A stretch of 64,000 nucleotides of DNA from the human T2T-CHM13v2.0 reference genome, Homo sapiens, in the NCBI RefSeq assembly GCF_009914755.1, contig NC_060932.1. One strand, given 5' to 3'. The notes beneath the pieces are model-generated. The model was not told the DNA's origin. It saw only the letters and a list, made by a program, of their open reading frames with translations, and did no database searches. This document shows, one piece after another, positions 17,139-43,076 of the stretch (positions are counted from its first letter, which is position 1; every line of letters begins with the position of its first letter). The translations under genes and the position numbers were made by a program.

Positions 17139-17505
17139 TGTGGGTACGAAAAAGGCTATAACACTGTAGCTCCAGTTTTCCACCAGTGCCAGGTAGTCAC
17201 TCCATGTGACAGGAAGCAGTGGGAGGGCTGGGCCAGCCCTGGAGCTGGGGGCTGGAGTGGGGTAGCGAGACCAAACAAGTTGTAACACAAACAGGCTGAA
17301 GCAAGCCAAGTGCAGCCACATGGCTGAGCAGGCGGGGTACCTCCAGCTGTGAGCTCAGAGCTGAGTGGAGCCCCAGTGGGGGCGTTGCCAGCTGGGTAGG
17401 TCTCCAGCTGGTGAAACAGCACTGAAAAAGTCCTGCATCAATAGTTTTCATTTGTGTGTCAGATTCTGTGCTAGGAATTCCCATATGTTATCATGGGTAG
17501 GGCCT

Positions 17506-18217
17506 TTATATGGTTTGGATGTTTTGCCCCCTGCAAATCTCATATTGAAATGTGACCTCCAAGGCCAGGCATGGTGGTGCATGCCTGTAACCCCAGCACT
17601 TTCAGAGGCAGAGGCAGGTGGATTGCTTGAGGCCAGGAGTTTGAGACCAGCCTGGCCTATGTGGTAAAACCCCGTCTCTACTAAAAATACAAAAATTAGT
17701 CCGGCATGGTGGTGAGCACCTGTAGTCCCAGCTACTCCAGAGGCTGTGGTGGGAGGATTGCTTGAACCCAGAAGGTGGAGGTTACAGTGAGCCAAGATGG
17801 ACTCCAGTTTGGGGGACAGAGTGAGACCCTGTCTGAAAAAAAGGAAATGTGACCTCCAGTGTGGAGGTGGGGCCTAGCAGGAGGAGTTTGGGTCATGGGG
17901 GTGGATCCCTCATGAATGGCTCGTGGTTGGTAATGATTGAGTTCTTGTTCTGAGTTCACATGAGGTCTGGTTGTTTAAAAGAATGTGGCCCTTCCCCGAT
18001 CCTTTCTTGCTCCCACTCTCACTATGTGACACCCCAAATCCCCCTTCACCTTCTGCCATAATTGAAAGCTTCCTGGGCCTCACCAGAAGCCAAGCAGATG
18101 CTGGTACCATGCTTCTTGAACAGCCTGCAGAACTGTGAGCCAAACAAACCTCTTTTCTTTCTAAATTACCCAGCCTCAGGCATTTCTTTATAGTAACGCA
18201 CAAAATGGCCTAATGCA
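17506..18217 (+). mobile_element. MST(B)-like LTR with inserted Alu (17563-17845)
   Basis: ATGGTTTGGATGTT...GGCCTAATGCA; Alu TSD AAATGTGACCTCCA. Confidence 0.85.
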
Positions 18218-18424
18218 GGCCTCTACACCCCTGATGTATTTCTATTCCATGTTGAGGAAAGGGGCTCAAGGAGGTTAAGTAACTTTCTAACTCAAGCAGT
18301 GGCAGAGTTGGGAAATGAATCCAGATGATGTAGACTCTAAAATCAGTTTTCTTTCCTGCCTGCTAGGATCCTCCTGTCTCAGTCATTCCTGTTGTTCTTC
18401 ATGATGCTAAAGAATTCTCACTGA

Positions 18425-20272
<1,848 letters not shown>

Positions 20273-20289
20273 CCTCTGGTTTCTCAATC

Positions 20290-22141
<1,852 letters not shown>

Positions 22142-22551
22142 CCACTTTCTCATCTTTCATTCACTCTTTTGGCAATTGATTTCAGTTTTCTCCTCCATCA
22201 CTCTACTGAAACAATTATGATCAAGTTTTCAGAGATATTTTGTGGTGTAATCCTACAGATGCATTTCAGGCCTATCTAATTTGATACCTTTGTAGTATTT
22301 GAAGCTGCCTGTCACAACTCTCACCTCCTTTAAGTTTCATGACGCCATGCTGTAGGTTTTTCTGTTTTCTTTCTGGTACTTCTCACTTTCCACCAATGGC
22401 TTCTTTTTCCTTTGCTGTCACTTTTTCCTTTGCTGATTGATATATTTGCATTCCCTAGAGTTCTAGCTTCTCTTCTCATTTTATGATCTCTCCTTGAGTG
22501 AGCTCTTTTTTTTTCATGACTTCTACTAAATAATGATGAAAGAACTTTCTG

Positions 22552-22686
22552 GGGCCAGGTGCGGTGGCTCACACCTATAATCCTAGCACTTTGAGAGGCC
22601 AAGGTGGGAGGATTGCTTGAGGCCCAGAGGTAGAGACCAGCCTGGGAAACATAGGGAGATCCTATCTCTATAAAAAATAAAAATAA
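22552..22686 (+). mobile_element. Alu left monomer (FLAM)
   Basis: Single monomer with A-rich tail. Confidence 0.8.
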
Positions 22687-22689
22687 GTT

Positions 22690-23201
22690 GTGAGGGGAGG
22701 AAAAACTTTTCCTCCACCCTTGTATGTTCAATGCCTGGGGCCTGTGAATTAAACTAATATAAGACAGATTAACAGGAAAAAGATATATAGTTTGTATTAC
22801 TAGTTATGTGCACAGGAGTTCACAGACATAAAACTCAAAGAAGTAGTTAGACTTGGGGGATTACATACCATTTTAAACAAAGGAAAAGTGGGTTTGGGCT
22901 TTGACAGATGATAAATCATGGAAAAATAATTAGGAAATATATAGAAGAAACTAGTGAAGGTAAGGGTCATTGTGGCAAGGTTTGTTTACCTTACTAAACA
23001 GGAGTTGGGATAGCAGGCTCTCCATCTCTGGGGATAAAAATCACTCTCCTCCTCCTGGTTCAGAAGAGGCAGACACCTTCATGAAACACATTTATGCCCT
23101 ACTTTTAGTTAGATAAGGGGCAGGCAGAGAACTCTTCCAGCATCTGCTGATTCTCAATTACCTTCACCTCAAAATAATTTCTGTGCTGAAGTGGCATATT
23201 C
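22690..23201 (-). mobile_element. MER34-like ERV1 LTR
   Basis: Reverse strand AATATGCCACTTCAGCACAGAAATTATTTTGAGGTGAAGGTAATTGAGAA. Confidence 0.65.
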
Positions 23202-24296
23202 CATTGCCAAAGCCAGAAACCTGCAGTCATCTTTAGCTCCTGTTCATCATTTGCATACAATCAGTCATCAACTTCTTTGGTCATCTTTATTCTCACTTCC
23301 TTTACTTTATGGTTTCCTTATTTTTAAGCTATGGTGATATTGACAATGATAATATGAATAACTAACATTTATTGAACTGTTACCACATGTGACTATGAAA
23401 AGCGCTTTATATGTATTTTCTTTCTCTTTCCTTTTCTTTTTTCTTTTTTTTTGTTTTGAAACAGGGGTTTGCTCTGCCACCTGGGCTGGGGTGCAGTGGT
23501 GTAATCATAACTCACTGCAGCCTCAACCTCCTAGGCTCAAGCAATCCTCTTGCCTTAGCCTCCCAAATAGCTGGGAACACAGGCACGTACTACTGTGCCT
23601 GGCTAATTTTCTTATGTTATTCTCACAATAACTCTATAACTCTACTTGATGAGTATTATTATTAAATCCATATGCCAGATTATGAAACTGAACCTTAGGA
23701 GATTAAGAAAAGTGCTCAAAGTCCTATGATTAGCACGTGGCAGAACTTGAACCAATCCTAGGTCTTTCTACCCCACATTTACTACTTCATACAGAAAGTC
23801 TATGGTAGCACTGACAGGAATGGGCCCGCACGCTGGAATTCAATCCCAAACAATGCTCAATTTCAGGTATGCCTACTTCCAGGACATTCTCCACAGTGAG
23901 TGGTCACAGAGTGATCTCTCTTAAATACACATTGATTCTCCTTCTTGCCTGATTACTGCTTTCCATGAATTTCTAAATTTTTCAAAATAAATTCTGAAGC
24001 CCTTTCTCAGTCCTTCAGCCCTTAATAGTTTCCTATAAACAGACTATGCCTAAACTATACTGCAGTACTGTATTTCCTGGCATGCAATATGCTTTCCTTG
24101 GGCTTCAGCACTCATTATTCCCTCTGCTGGGAACTGTTCCCCCTCCCACCCACTTCATCTGGACTCAATTCATACATTACCTCTTCTAAGAAAGGCTTCC
24201 TGACCTTCTCCTTCACTCAGTTTAGGCTAATTTTCCTCCCTCTGAGCTCCCTAGGCAACCTGCATAGACTTCTAAACTAAATGGCAGTAAGCACAT

Positions 24297-24661
24297 TGTA
24301 TTAGTCCATCTTCATGCTGCTGATAAAGACATACCCAAGACTGGGTAATTTGTGAAGAAAAAGAGGTTTAATGGACTCCCAGTTCCACATGGCTGGGGAG
24401 GCCTCACCATTATGGCAGAAGGTGAAGGAGGAGCAAAATCACATCTTACATGGTGGCAGGAAAGAGAGCATGTGCAGGGGAACTCCCCTTTATAAAACTG
24501 TCAGATCTCGTGAGACCTATTCACTATGATGAAAACAGCACTGGAAAGACCCACCACCACGATTCAATTACCTCCCACTGGGTCCCTCCCATGACATGTG
24601 GGAATTATGAGAGCTACAATTCAAGATGAGATTTGGGTGGGGTCACAGCCAAACCATATCA
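24297..24661 (-). mobile_element. THE1 solo LTR
   Basis: TGTATTAGTCC...CACAGCCAAACCATATCA; TSD CACAT/CACAC. Confidence 0.9.
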
Positions 24662-24773
24662 CACACTAATTTGTAATTGTCTATTTCTCTCTGTTTTCCT
24701 CAGTAGTCTCCAGCTTCTTGAGGGACTGGACCCTGTCTTAATTATCTCTTTTTGCATCTCTAGGACCTAATAG

Positions 24774-25103
<330 letters not shown>

Positions 25104-25212
25104 TAGTAAATGTTAAGTTAATGAATACATGTGCTGAATAAAGTAGATTCTAAATAAACATTTCTTGCTCTATGATTAAATCATCCTCACATCAATATTT
25201 CTAAAAATTTTA

Positions 25213-25488
<276 letters not shown>

Positions 25489-25599
25489 TCAGGCTTCTGG
25501 TGCATTTGAGTGGAAACAGAGATGATCTACTGTCTGAACTATTGTAAGGAATAAGATAAAGTATAACATGAGAGGTCTAATTTAATACTTGCCTCATGC

Positions 25600-27700
25600 A
25601 CAAGAAAAACCCCACCATACCTAGGAGTACATATAACCAATGAGGTAAAAGATCTCTACAAAGAGAACTACAAAACACACCTAAAAGAAGTCAGAGATGA
25701 CACAAACAAATGAAAAAAATTCCATGCTCATGGATTAGAAGAATCAATATTGATAAAATAGCCATACTGTCCAAAGCAATCTACAGATTCAATACTATTC
25801 CTATCAAATTACCAATGTCATTTTTCACAGACCTTGAAAAATCTATTATAAAGCTCATATGGAACCAAAAAGAACTCGAATAGCCAAAGCAAAGCAAAAA
25901 GAAAAAGCTGAAGGTATCACATTACTGGACTTCAAACTATGCTAGAAGGCTACAGTAACCAAAACAGTATAATACTAGTACAAAAACAGACACATAGAGC
26001 AGTGGATCAGAATAGAGAGAACCAGAAATAAAGCCACACACGTACAGCCATCTGATCTTTGACAAAGTCGACAATGACAAGCAATGGGAAAGGACTCCCT
26101 ATTCAATAAATGGTGCTGGGATAGCTGCCTAGCCACATGCAGAAGAATGAAACTAGAACCCTCATTTCACCATATGCAAAACTTAATTCAAGATGGATTA
26201 AAAATTTAAATGTAAGACCTCAAACTATAAGAATCTTCAAAGAAAACCTGGGAAACACCATTTTGGATACTGGCATTGTGAAAGAATTTATGACTAAGTC
26301 CTCAAAAGATCTGTAACAGAAACAAAAATTGACAAGTGGGACCTAATTAAGCTAAAGACCGTCTGCACAGCAAAATAAACAACAGACAGAGAAAACAGAC
26401 AACCTACAGAATGGGAGAAAATATTCACAAACTATGCATCTGACAAAGGTCTATTATCTAGAATCTATAAGGAATTGAAACAATAAGGCTGGCATGGTGG
26501 CTCATGCCTGTAATCCCAGCACTTTGGGAGGCTGAGGTGGGACGATTGCTAGAAGCCAGGAGTTCAAGACCAGCCTGGCCAACATGGCAAAACCCTGTCT
26601 CTACTAAAAATACAAAAATTAGCTGGGTACGGTGGTGCACACCTCAAATCTCAGCTACTTGAGAAGATGAAGTGTAAGAATCACTTGAACCTGGGAGGCA
26701 GAGGTTGCAGTGAGCCGATATCACACCCCCGCCCTCCAGCCTGGGTGACAGAGTGATACTCTGTCTCATAAAACAAACAAGTTCAACAAGCAAAAACCAA
26801 ATAACCCCATTAAAAATAGGCAAAAGACATGAACAGATACTTCTCAAAAGAAGATACACAAGCGGCCAACAAAAATATGAAAAAATGCCCCATATCACTA
26901 ATCATCAGAGAAATGCAAATCAAACCCACACTAAGATACCATCTCCCACCAGTCAGAATGGCTATTATTAAAAAGTCAAAACACAACAGATGCTGGTGAG
27001 GCCGCAGAGAAAAGAGAACATTTATAAACTCTAGTTGGTGGGAATGTAAATTAGTTCAGCCACTGTGGAAAGCACTTTGGAGATTTCTCAAATAATTTAA
27101 AACAGAGCTACCATTTGACCCAGCAATCCTATTACTGGGTATATACCCAAAGGAAAATAGATAGTTATACCAAAAAGACACATTCACTTGTATGTTTATC
27201 ACCATGCTATTCACAATCGCAAAGATGTGGCATCAACCTAGGTGCCCATCAATGGTAGACTGGATAAAGAAAATGTGGAATACTTCCCAAAGGTGGCATG
27301 TGAATTAGTTAAAAATATTAAAAAAGAAAATGTGGAATACTACATAGCTATAAGAAGGAATGAATTTATGTCCTTTGCAGCAACATGGATGCAGCTGGAG
27401 GTCTTTATCCTAAGTTAATTAGCATAGAAACAGAAAACCAAATACTGCATGTTCTCATTTAAAAGTGGGAGCTAAACACTGGATACTCATGAACATAAAG
27501 ATGGGAACGATAGACACTGGAGACTGTTAGAGGAGGAAGGGAGTGAGGGCGTCATGGGTAGAAAAATTAACTGTTGGGTACTATGCTCAGTACCTGGGTG
27601 ATGGGCTCATTCTTATTGCAAACCTCAACGTCACACAATATACCCAGGTAACAAAGCTGTACATGTACCCCCTGAATCTAAAATAAAGGTTGAAAAAAAA
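25600..27700 (+). mobile_element. 5'-truncated older primate L1 (L1PA15-17-like) with Alu at 26487-26770
   Basis: ORF2 3' region and 3'UTR (GAATCTAAAATAAAG, A-tail); TSD AATACTTGCCTCAT at 25584 and 27701. Confidence 0.88.
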
Positions 27701-27884
27701 AATACTTGCCTCATACAAGAAAACTAACAAATAATTCCATGCTAATTTCTCCTTCCCACGTTCTCTTTCTCTGCTTGATTCTTCTTTTCTTTCCCCCTTT
27801 CCATCTCAGACGGATGCCATGTTACTGGAATAAAGAGCTCTGGATGCAAATATGGGAGTTTGAATCTCAGCCCTGCTGCTGACT

Positions 27885-28277
<393 letters not shown>

Positions 28278-29194
28278 TAAGAAATAAATTCCTTTTCTTT
28301 ATAAATTAAAAAAATTAGTAATTTTCATTTTATTCCTTGAGTTACATTTTTTTGTTTCACCTCCAGCCCCTAATATAGTGCTAGGCACTGAGTTTATGCA
28401 GTAACATTTATTCCTTCAGGAAATATCTATCGGGTCTCTATGATTCCTAGTTAAAGAGCCTGTGCAGGAAGAAGGATTTCTGTAGTTAGGGAGGGATGAC
28501 AAGTTCTGAATTCCGGGGTGAGGCTGCAGCTGCTGACCTGGACAGCCAGGACTGGCTCCAAGCCATCTGCTTGGCCAGCACGTGATTGGTTGGACATAGA
28601 AAGGAATAAAAACCAATCAAGAAAGATGAACTTTAGTGGAATTAAGCAATTTGAAAGCAGCTGCAGAGATCCTAGGACCCCTATAAGAGCAAGCAGATTT
28701 GCCTGTCTTTTATGTTGGACTCCCATCAAACTTGTTAATGTCAATAAGAGAGAAATTGAGCTTGTCTTTGTTGTGAGCCTAATGTGGGCATTTGCTGGTT
28801 GCACTAAATTTCTCTCTTTGATTTCCTTCTCTTTGCCTTTTTCTGTTCCATTTATTTAGTGTCCCTCTTGGTAGTGGGTCCGTTAGCCTTTATTTTCAAA
28901 CAAAGGAAGGGAGAGAGAGAAAAAGAGAAGTTTCAAAACCAGGAAGAAACTTTAGAGTGAGTGGTTAGCCTTTCTCCAAGGTGATATGCTTAGATCCTCC
29001 CAGTTCAACTCCGGGGAAATTCTACTACAGATTGATGGGTGCTTTGGTGATGCTGGGGTACAGTTATGGAATAGGTTGGAATTCCTACCCAAGGAGAGCT
29101 GATTGCCTCCATCCCTGCTGAACCACTACTCAATATGAAATATCTCATTTGGAAAGATTGGTAACTTACGCTTCTAACTTACTTCTAAGTAGTA

Positions 29195-29356
29195 AATTAG
29201 GTTGTAGATAACACAAAACTCATTTCAAACTGAGTTAAGCAAAAGGGGGAGTTTATTAGCACATATGGTATAGCAGAAAAATCCCAGGGGAAAGCTGGCT
29301 TCAGGTACTGTCATCTGAAATTAGTTTCTCTCCATCTCTTATTTTTATTTTTTTAA

Positions 29357-29388
<32 letters not shown>

Positions 29389-29985
29389 TTTTTTTGTAGA
29401 GACGAAGTCTTGCTAAGTTGTCCAGGCTGGTCTTGAACTCCTGGCCTCAAGGAATCTACCCACCTTGGCCTCCCAAAGTGCTGAAATTGCAGGTGTGAGC
29501 CACTGCACCTGGCCCTATCTCTTGGTTTTATAGTCAGCTTCATCCACAGGCTTCATGTGAGACCTCTGGCAATTGTAAGATAATATCTTCCTAAATCTAA
29601 GTTCAACAGAAAAGAAAAAATTAAGTCTCTTTCCTATAGCTCCTCCATAAATCCTGGGATTAACTATGATTGGACCAATTTGATATTACTGAACCAATCA
29701 CTGTATCCAGGAAATGAAGTTTGCCGTTTGACCAGATCTAGGTCACATGTTCACATTGATCAATCACTGGACTAGAGAATGTTGAGGCCACGACTGTCAA
29801 CCCGAGGTTACATATTCCACTCCTAATCTGGGGTGGATACCCTCCAAATCATGTAGCTTGAGAATAAAAAAAAGCTTGTATTCCTGAGGAGAGTAAAGGA
29901 AATTGGGATACTATTGCCATTAAAATAAATCAATAAAGGAATGGATGCAAGGCAACCAAACCAGATAATTATTAATATCCACAAA
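29195..29985 (-). mobile_element. Ancient MLT1-type LTR with Alu monomer (29340-29515)
   Basis: TTAAGCAAAAGGGGGAGTTTATT, GATTGGACCAA and GAACCAATCACTG motifs. Confidence 0.55.
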
Positions 29986-30117
29986 AACTGGGTAGTGGGT
30001 GGAAACAGAATTTCTCCTAAGTAAAATAATGCTATTCAAAGCCATAGTTAGACAACCACCCCTGAGGTTTCTGGACTGAATGCTTTATTCTAATAATTAC
30101 CATAATCATATGAAGCA

Positions 30118-30437
<320 letters not shown>

Positions 30438-30514
30438 TAATAATAGGTGCAATGATGTAGAATAGACTATTTTGTGACGTATTGTCTCATTTTATATATA
30501 TTAGTGCTTTTTAA

Positions 30515-31125
30515 AAATTGTATTTTATTGTGGTAAGAGCGCTCAACATGAGATCCGATCTCTTTGCAACTTTTTAAGTGTACAATGCAGTATCGTTAAC
30601 TGTAGGTTACAATACTATTATAGGTTATAACCTACACGTTACAGGCTATAATGTTGCACAGCAGATCTCCAGAACTTCATCTTGCTTAACTGAAACTGTA
30701 TGCTGTTGATTAGCAGTACCCCATTTCCCTCTCCCCAGACCTGGCAACCACCATTCCACTCTTTGATTCTATGTGTTCGATTATTTGAGATACTCCCTAT
30801 TGGTGGCATCATGCAGTATTTGTTCTTCTGTGATGAGACCTGTTTCACTTAGCATAATATCTTCAAGGTTTATCTTAGGTTAATGTTGTTGCATATTGCA
30901 GAACTTTGTTTTTTTAAGGTAGAATAATATTCCATTGTATGCATATACCACATTTTCTTTATCCATTCATCTACCGATAGATGTTTAGATTGTTTTCACA
31001 TCTTGGCTATTGTGAACAGCGCTGTAATGAATATGAGAGTGCTAATACCTCTTTGAGGTCTTGATTTCAATGCTTTTGGATTTATGCCAGAGGCGGGATT
31101 GCTGGATTATATAGTAGTTCTACTT
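30515..31125 (-). mobile_element. L1MA/MB 3' fragment, followed by Alus at 31125-31292 and 31295-31596
   Basis: CAGATCTCCAGAACT, ACCACATTTTCTTTATCCATTCATC, GCTGGATTATATAGTAGTTCTA. Confidence 0.82.
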
Positions 31126-31262
31126 TTTTTTTTTTTTTTTTTTTTTTTTGAGACAGGGTCTCTGTCACCCAGGCTGGAGTGCAGTGGCACTATCTCAGCA
31201 ACCTGAAACCTCTGCCTCCCAGGGTCAAGCAATTCTCCTCTCTCAGCATCCTGAGTAGCTAG

Positions 31263-31630
<368 letters not shown>

Positions 31631-31722
31631 TAAAATAAAGCCTAAGAAAAGGTGTGTTGATTTTTGGGTAACAAGTAATGCCAATGCACTTATGTACAAA
31701 TGAAGTAACAAAGTTGGCAAGG

Positions 31723-32155
31723 TCCCTTGCACTGCACTTGCTTATCTAACTATGTGCTTGCTTATAAATTACAGGGGCTAATCTTGAAATAAATCAGGCA
31801 TAGAGACCCAGCTGCAGAATCCTCCCCATGTAGAGATTACCTCAAGGCAGTTAGTCTGCAACACAGCCATTGTCACCTTGAGATGGCACCAGCCCACGCT
31901 CCAGGTGGACAATAACTGAAGATGGCAGTCAGAACAAGACATACAGACCCTGCACCACTCCCGCATGCTTCCCATGCCAACTTCACTTTTTGAACACACT
32001 CACTTGCCTAAAGTTTTGAGATGGTTCCTTTGGGACTTGAGCCCAACCATCTCCTAGCTGCTAGCCTTTGAATACAGTTGCTTTCTTTTCAAAGCATCTT
32101 GCTTCTTTAATTTTGGTTTTCCAGTGGCAAGCAGCTGGACCTGAGTTTGGTTACG
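31723..32155 (+). mobile_element. LTR fragment (family uncertain)
   Basis: LTR-like 3' end GCAGCTGGACCTGAGTTTGGTTAC. Confidence 0.5.
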
Positions 32156-32243
32156 TTGGCAAGTAGAGTCTAAAATTCCAAAAAAGTTTATTTTTATTAT
32201 TACTAATGTTCAGATAAAGTATATTCTCAATGCTCAATGAATA

Positions 32244-32666
32244 CAATTGGCCCTTGAACAATGTGGTGATTATGGGCACCCCATGCAGTTGAAAATTTGT
32301 GTATAACTTTTGTCTCCCCCAAAACTTTACTAATAGCCTACTGTTGACTGGAAACCTTACCAATGACATAAATAGTCGATTATACGTATTTTGTGTTATA
32401 TGCAGTATGTACTGTGTTCTTACAATAAGGTAAACTAGTGAAAAGAAAATGTTATTAAGAAAATCACACAGAAGAGAAAATACGTTTACTATTCATTAAG
32501 TGGAAGTGGATCATCATAAAGGTCTTCATCTTCATTGTCTTCACATTGAGGAGGCAGAGGAAGAGGAGGAAGAGAAAGATTTGATTGGTTTTGCTGTCTC
32601 AGGTGTGGCAGAGGCAAAGGAAAACTCACCTGAAATTCAAACCCATATTATTCAAGGATCAACTGT
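32244..32666 (+). mobile_element. Tigger2a/MER28-like DNA transposon
   Basis: Terminal inverted repeats CAATTGGCCCTTGAACAA / TTATTCAAGGATCAACTG; TA on both sides. Confidence 0.8.
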
Positions 32667-33420
32667 ACTTCTTAATTTACCCAGTCTTTTGTGATGAGTG
32701 ACAGTTTTTTATTAGTTTGAGGGTTAAAGAGAATGTTACCAAAGTAATAATATAGGCCATGATAAAAACAAAATATAATAAAAACAAAAATTAAAAAAAG
32801 AAAATAATTTAAATTTTACTTTAGAGATACAACTTTTAGAATACAAAATATTTGTTTAAAAAAGCCTAAAAAAAGGCTTGATGATTTTTGAGTAACAAGG
32901 AATGCTGATTCACTTATGTACAAATGAAGTAACAAATTTGATAAGATTATAGAAATTGAGTTAATTGTCACAAGGTGGGTGGTTAAAATAAGACTTCCAT
33001 GACAAAAATAGTTTACACTCTTAGTGAACTAACAATTTGCTATAGCACACATTTTAACAAATGTAATTTCCTATAACAAACATTCATAGTATCAGAATTA
33101 TAAATCAGCAATCATTGGCACTATTAAAGCAAATCAATATTACAGGAAAGCTCTTTGCCATTCTTGGTAAACATTCTTAGAAACAACTTTATGCTGACAA
33201 GATACAGATAAGTCTCGTTTAATGTAAATTTTATGGTAGGTAAGTTGTACGTAAATATTCACTAAGCTTTTTCTCAACTCTAACAAGATGATCATCTAGT
33301 TGAATACTTTGTCTTCTCAGAGCTCCTGTTCAACAGTCTTTGAGTCTTCCAATTCTTCTCAAGGGTTCCTCACTCAGCTGCTAATTAGGTTTTATAGCTT
33401 TTGGCTTCAGTTACATTTTC

Positions 33421-34829
<1,409 letters not shown>

Positions 34830-35337
34830 TAAAATACCCACCACAGTATGATTTTAATAAAAGATACCATTTTATGAAATTTTACCAGAGCTGCAAGGAA
34901 AAATCCTCTGGCAAAGGGTCCTTCTACATAGTTATCCTACTTAAGTTTGGATTTATTTTTTGGTGGAGGTTGCTACAATGGGGTGGGATAAGTCTTTCAA
35001 ATGGAGCCATGTTGATATCTAGGAACAACCTCCTGCTTTCAGCATGGAACCTCAGGGAAAAGGTTACGGAACATGAAACCACAGTGATGAAAGCACTCAC
35101 CTGATATTTCATGCCAAGAATGATTTATGTTTCCCTTGAACTCTGCCCACTTTGCTACCTGAGCCTCTTGTGGGTGTGGGGTGGTGATGAAGTTGTGGAA
35201 AAAACATGTGAACTCTAGATCTGACCCCGCTTGCCATCTTCAGGTATGTGATTGGTGTCTAAAGACACTTAGGATGTGTGTTGTGTTTACAGGAGGGTGA
35301 CATTTTCTCTCCTTGGGGGAGACTTTCTATGTGCAAA

Positions 35338-35378
35338 TGTGTGTGTGTGTGTGTGGGTGTGTGTGTGTATGTGTGTGT
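35338..35378. repeat. (GT)n microsatellite
   Basis: Direct reading. Confidence 0.9.
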
Positions 35379-35839
35379 CTAGGAAGCCCTAGACCTGGAT
35401 AAAACAGCTGGCTGCTAATTATATAATATTATTTAAAGATTGTCACTAAGAGTTTTCCCTCATCTGAACCATCTAAATATTCCACCATCAGTATTCACGG
35501 TGCCTACAGTTCTGCCAGTTATTCATGTTTTTAATTATGTTATGGGCTGACAGAGGCCTTGGTCAACATGCAAACATTTGAAGGTAGTTAATATATTAAA
35601 TAATTAGCTGCAGCAACTTGACTTTCTCAGCTTATGTGACTTGCCACAAACAATTAACCACATCATCCAAGAGTGGAAAACTGGAATAATAAGTTTTGTT
35701 GAGGTGGTAGTGGGTGGTGGTTGAGGAGGAGTCAGGAAAGTTGTCAAGTCTGGGAGGACCCAGGGGTCACAGTGTGCTTCACTGGGTATCTCAAAGGGTA
35801 ACCGGGACAACTAAGCCTCCTCAAAAGGTTTTGGCCATG

Positions 35840-43076
<7,237 letters not shown>

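Larger units (their letters stand above)
14541..17440 (+). mobile_element. ERV1 solo LTR (LTR27/LTR28-like) split by SVA and THE1
   Basis: TGATAGCAGCAGGAGGCAGAC...GTCCTGCATCA; 4-bp TSD ATAG; AATAAA at ~16718. Confidence 0.75.

Noticed and set aside
32950-33420. AT-rich stretch as a processed-pseudogene 3' end on the minus strand
   Set aside because: No recognisable protein, poly(A) or TSD; it may be an ancient repeat I cannot identify.
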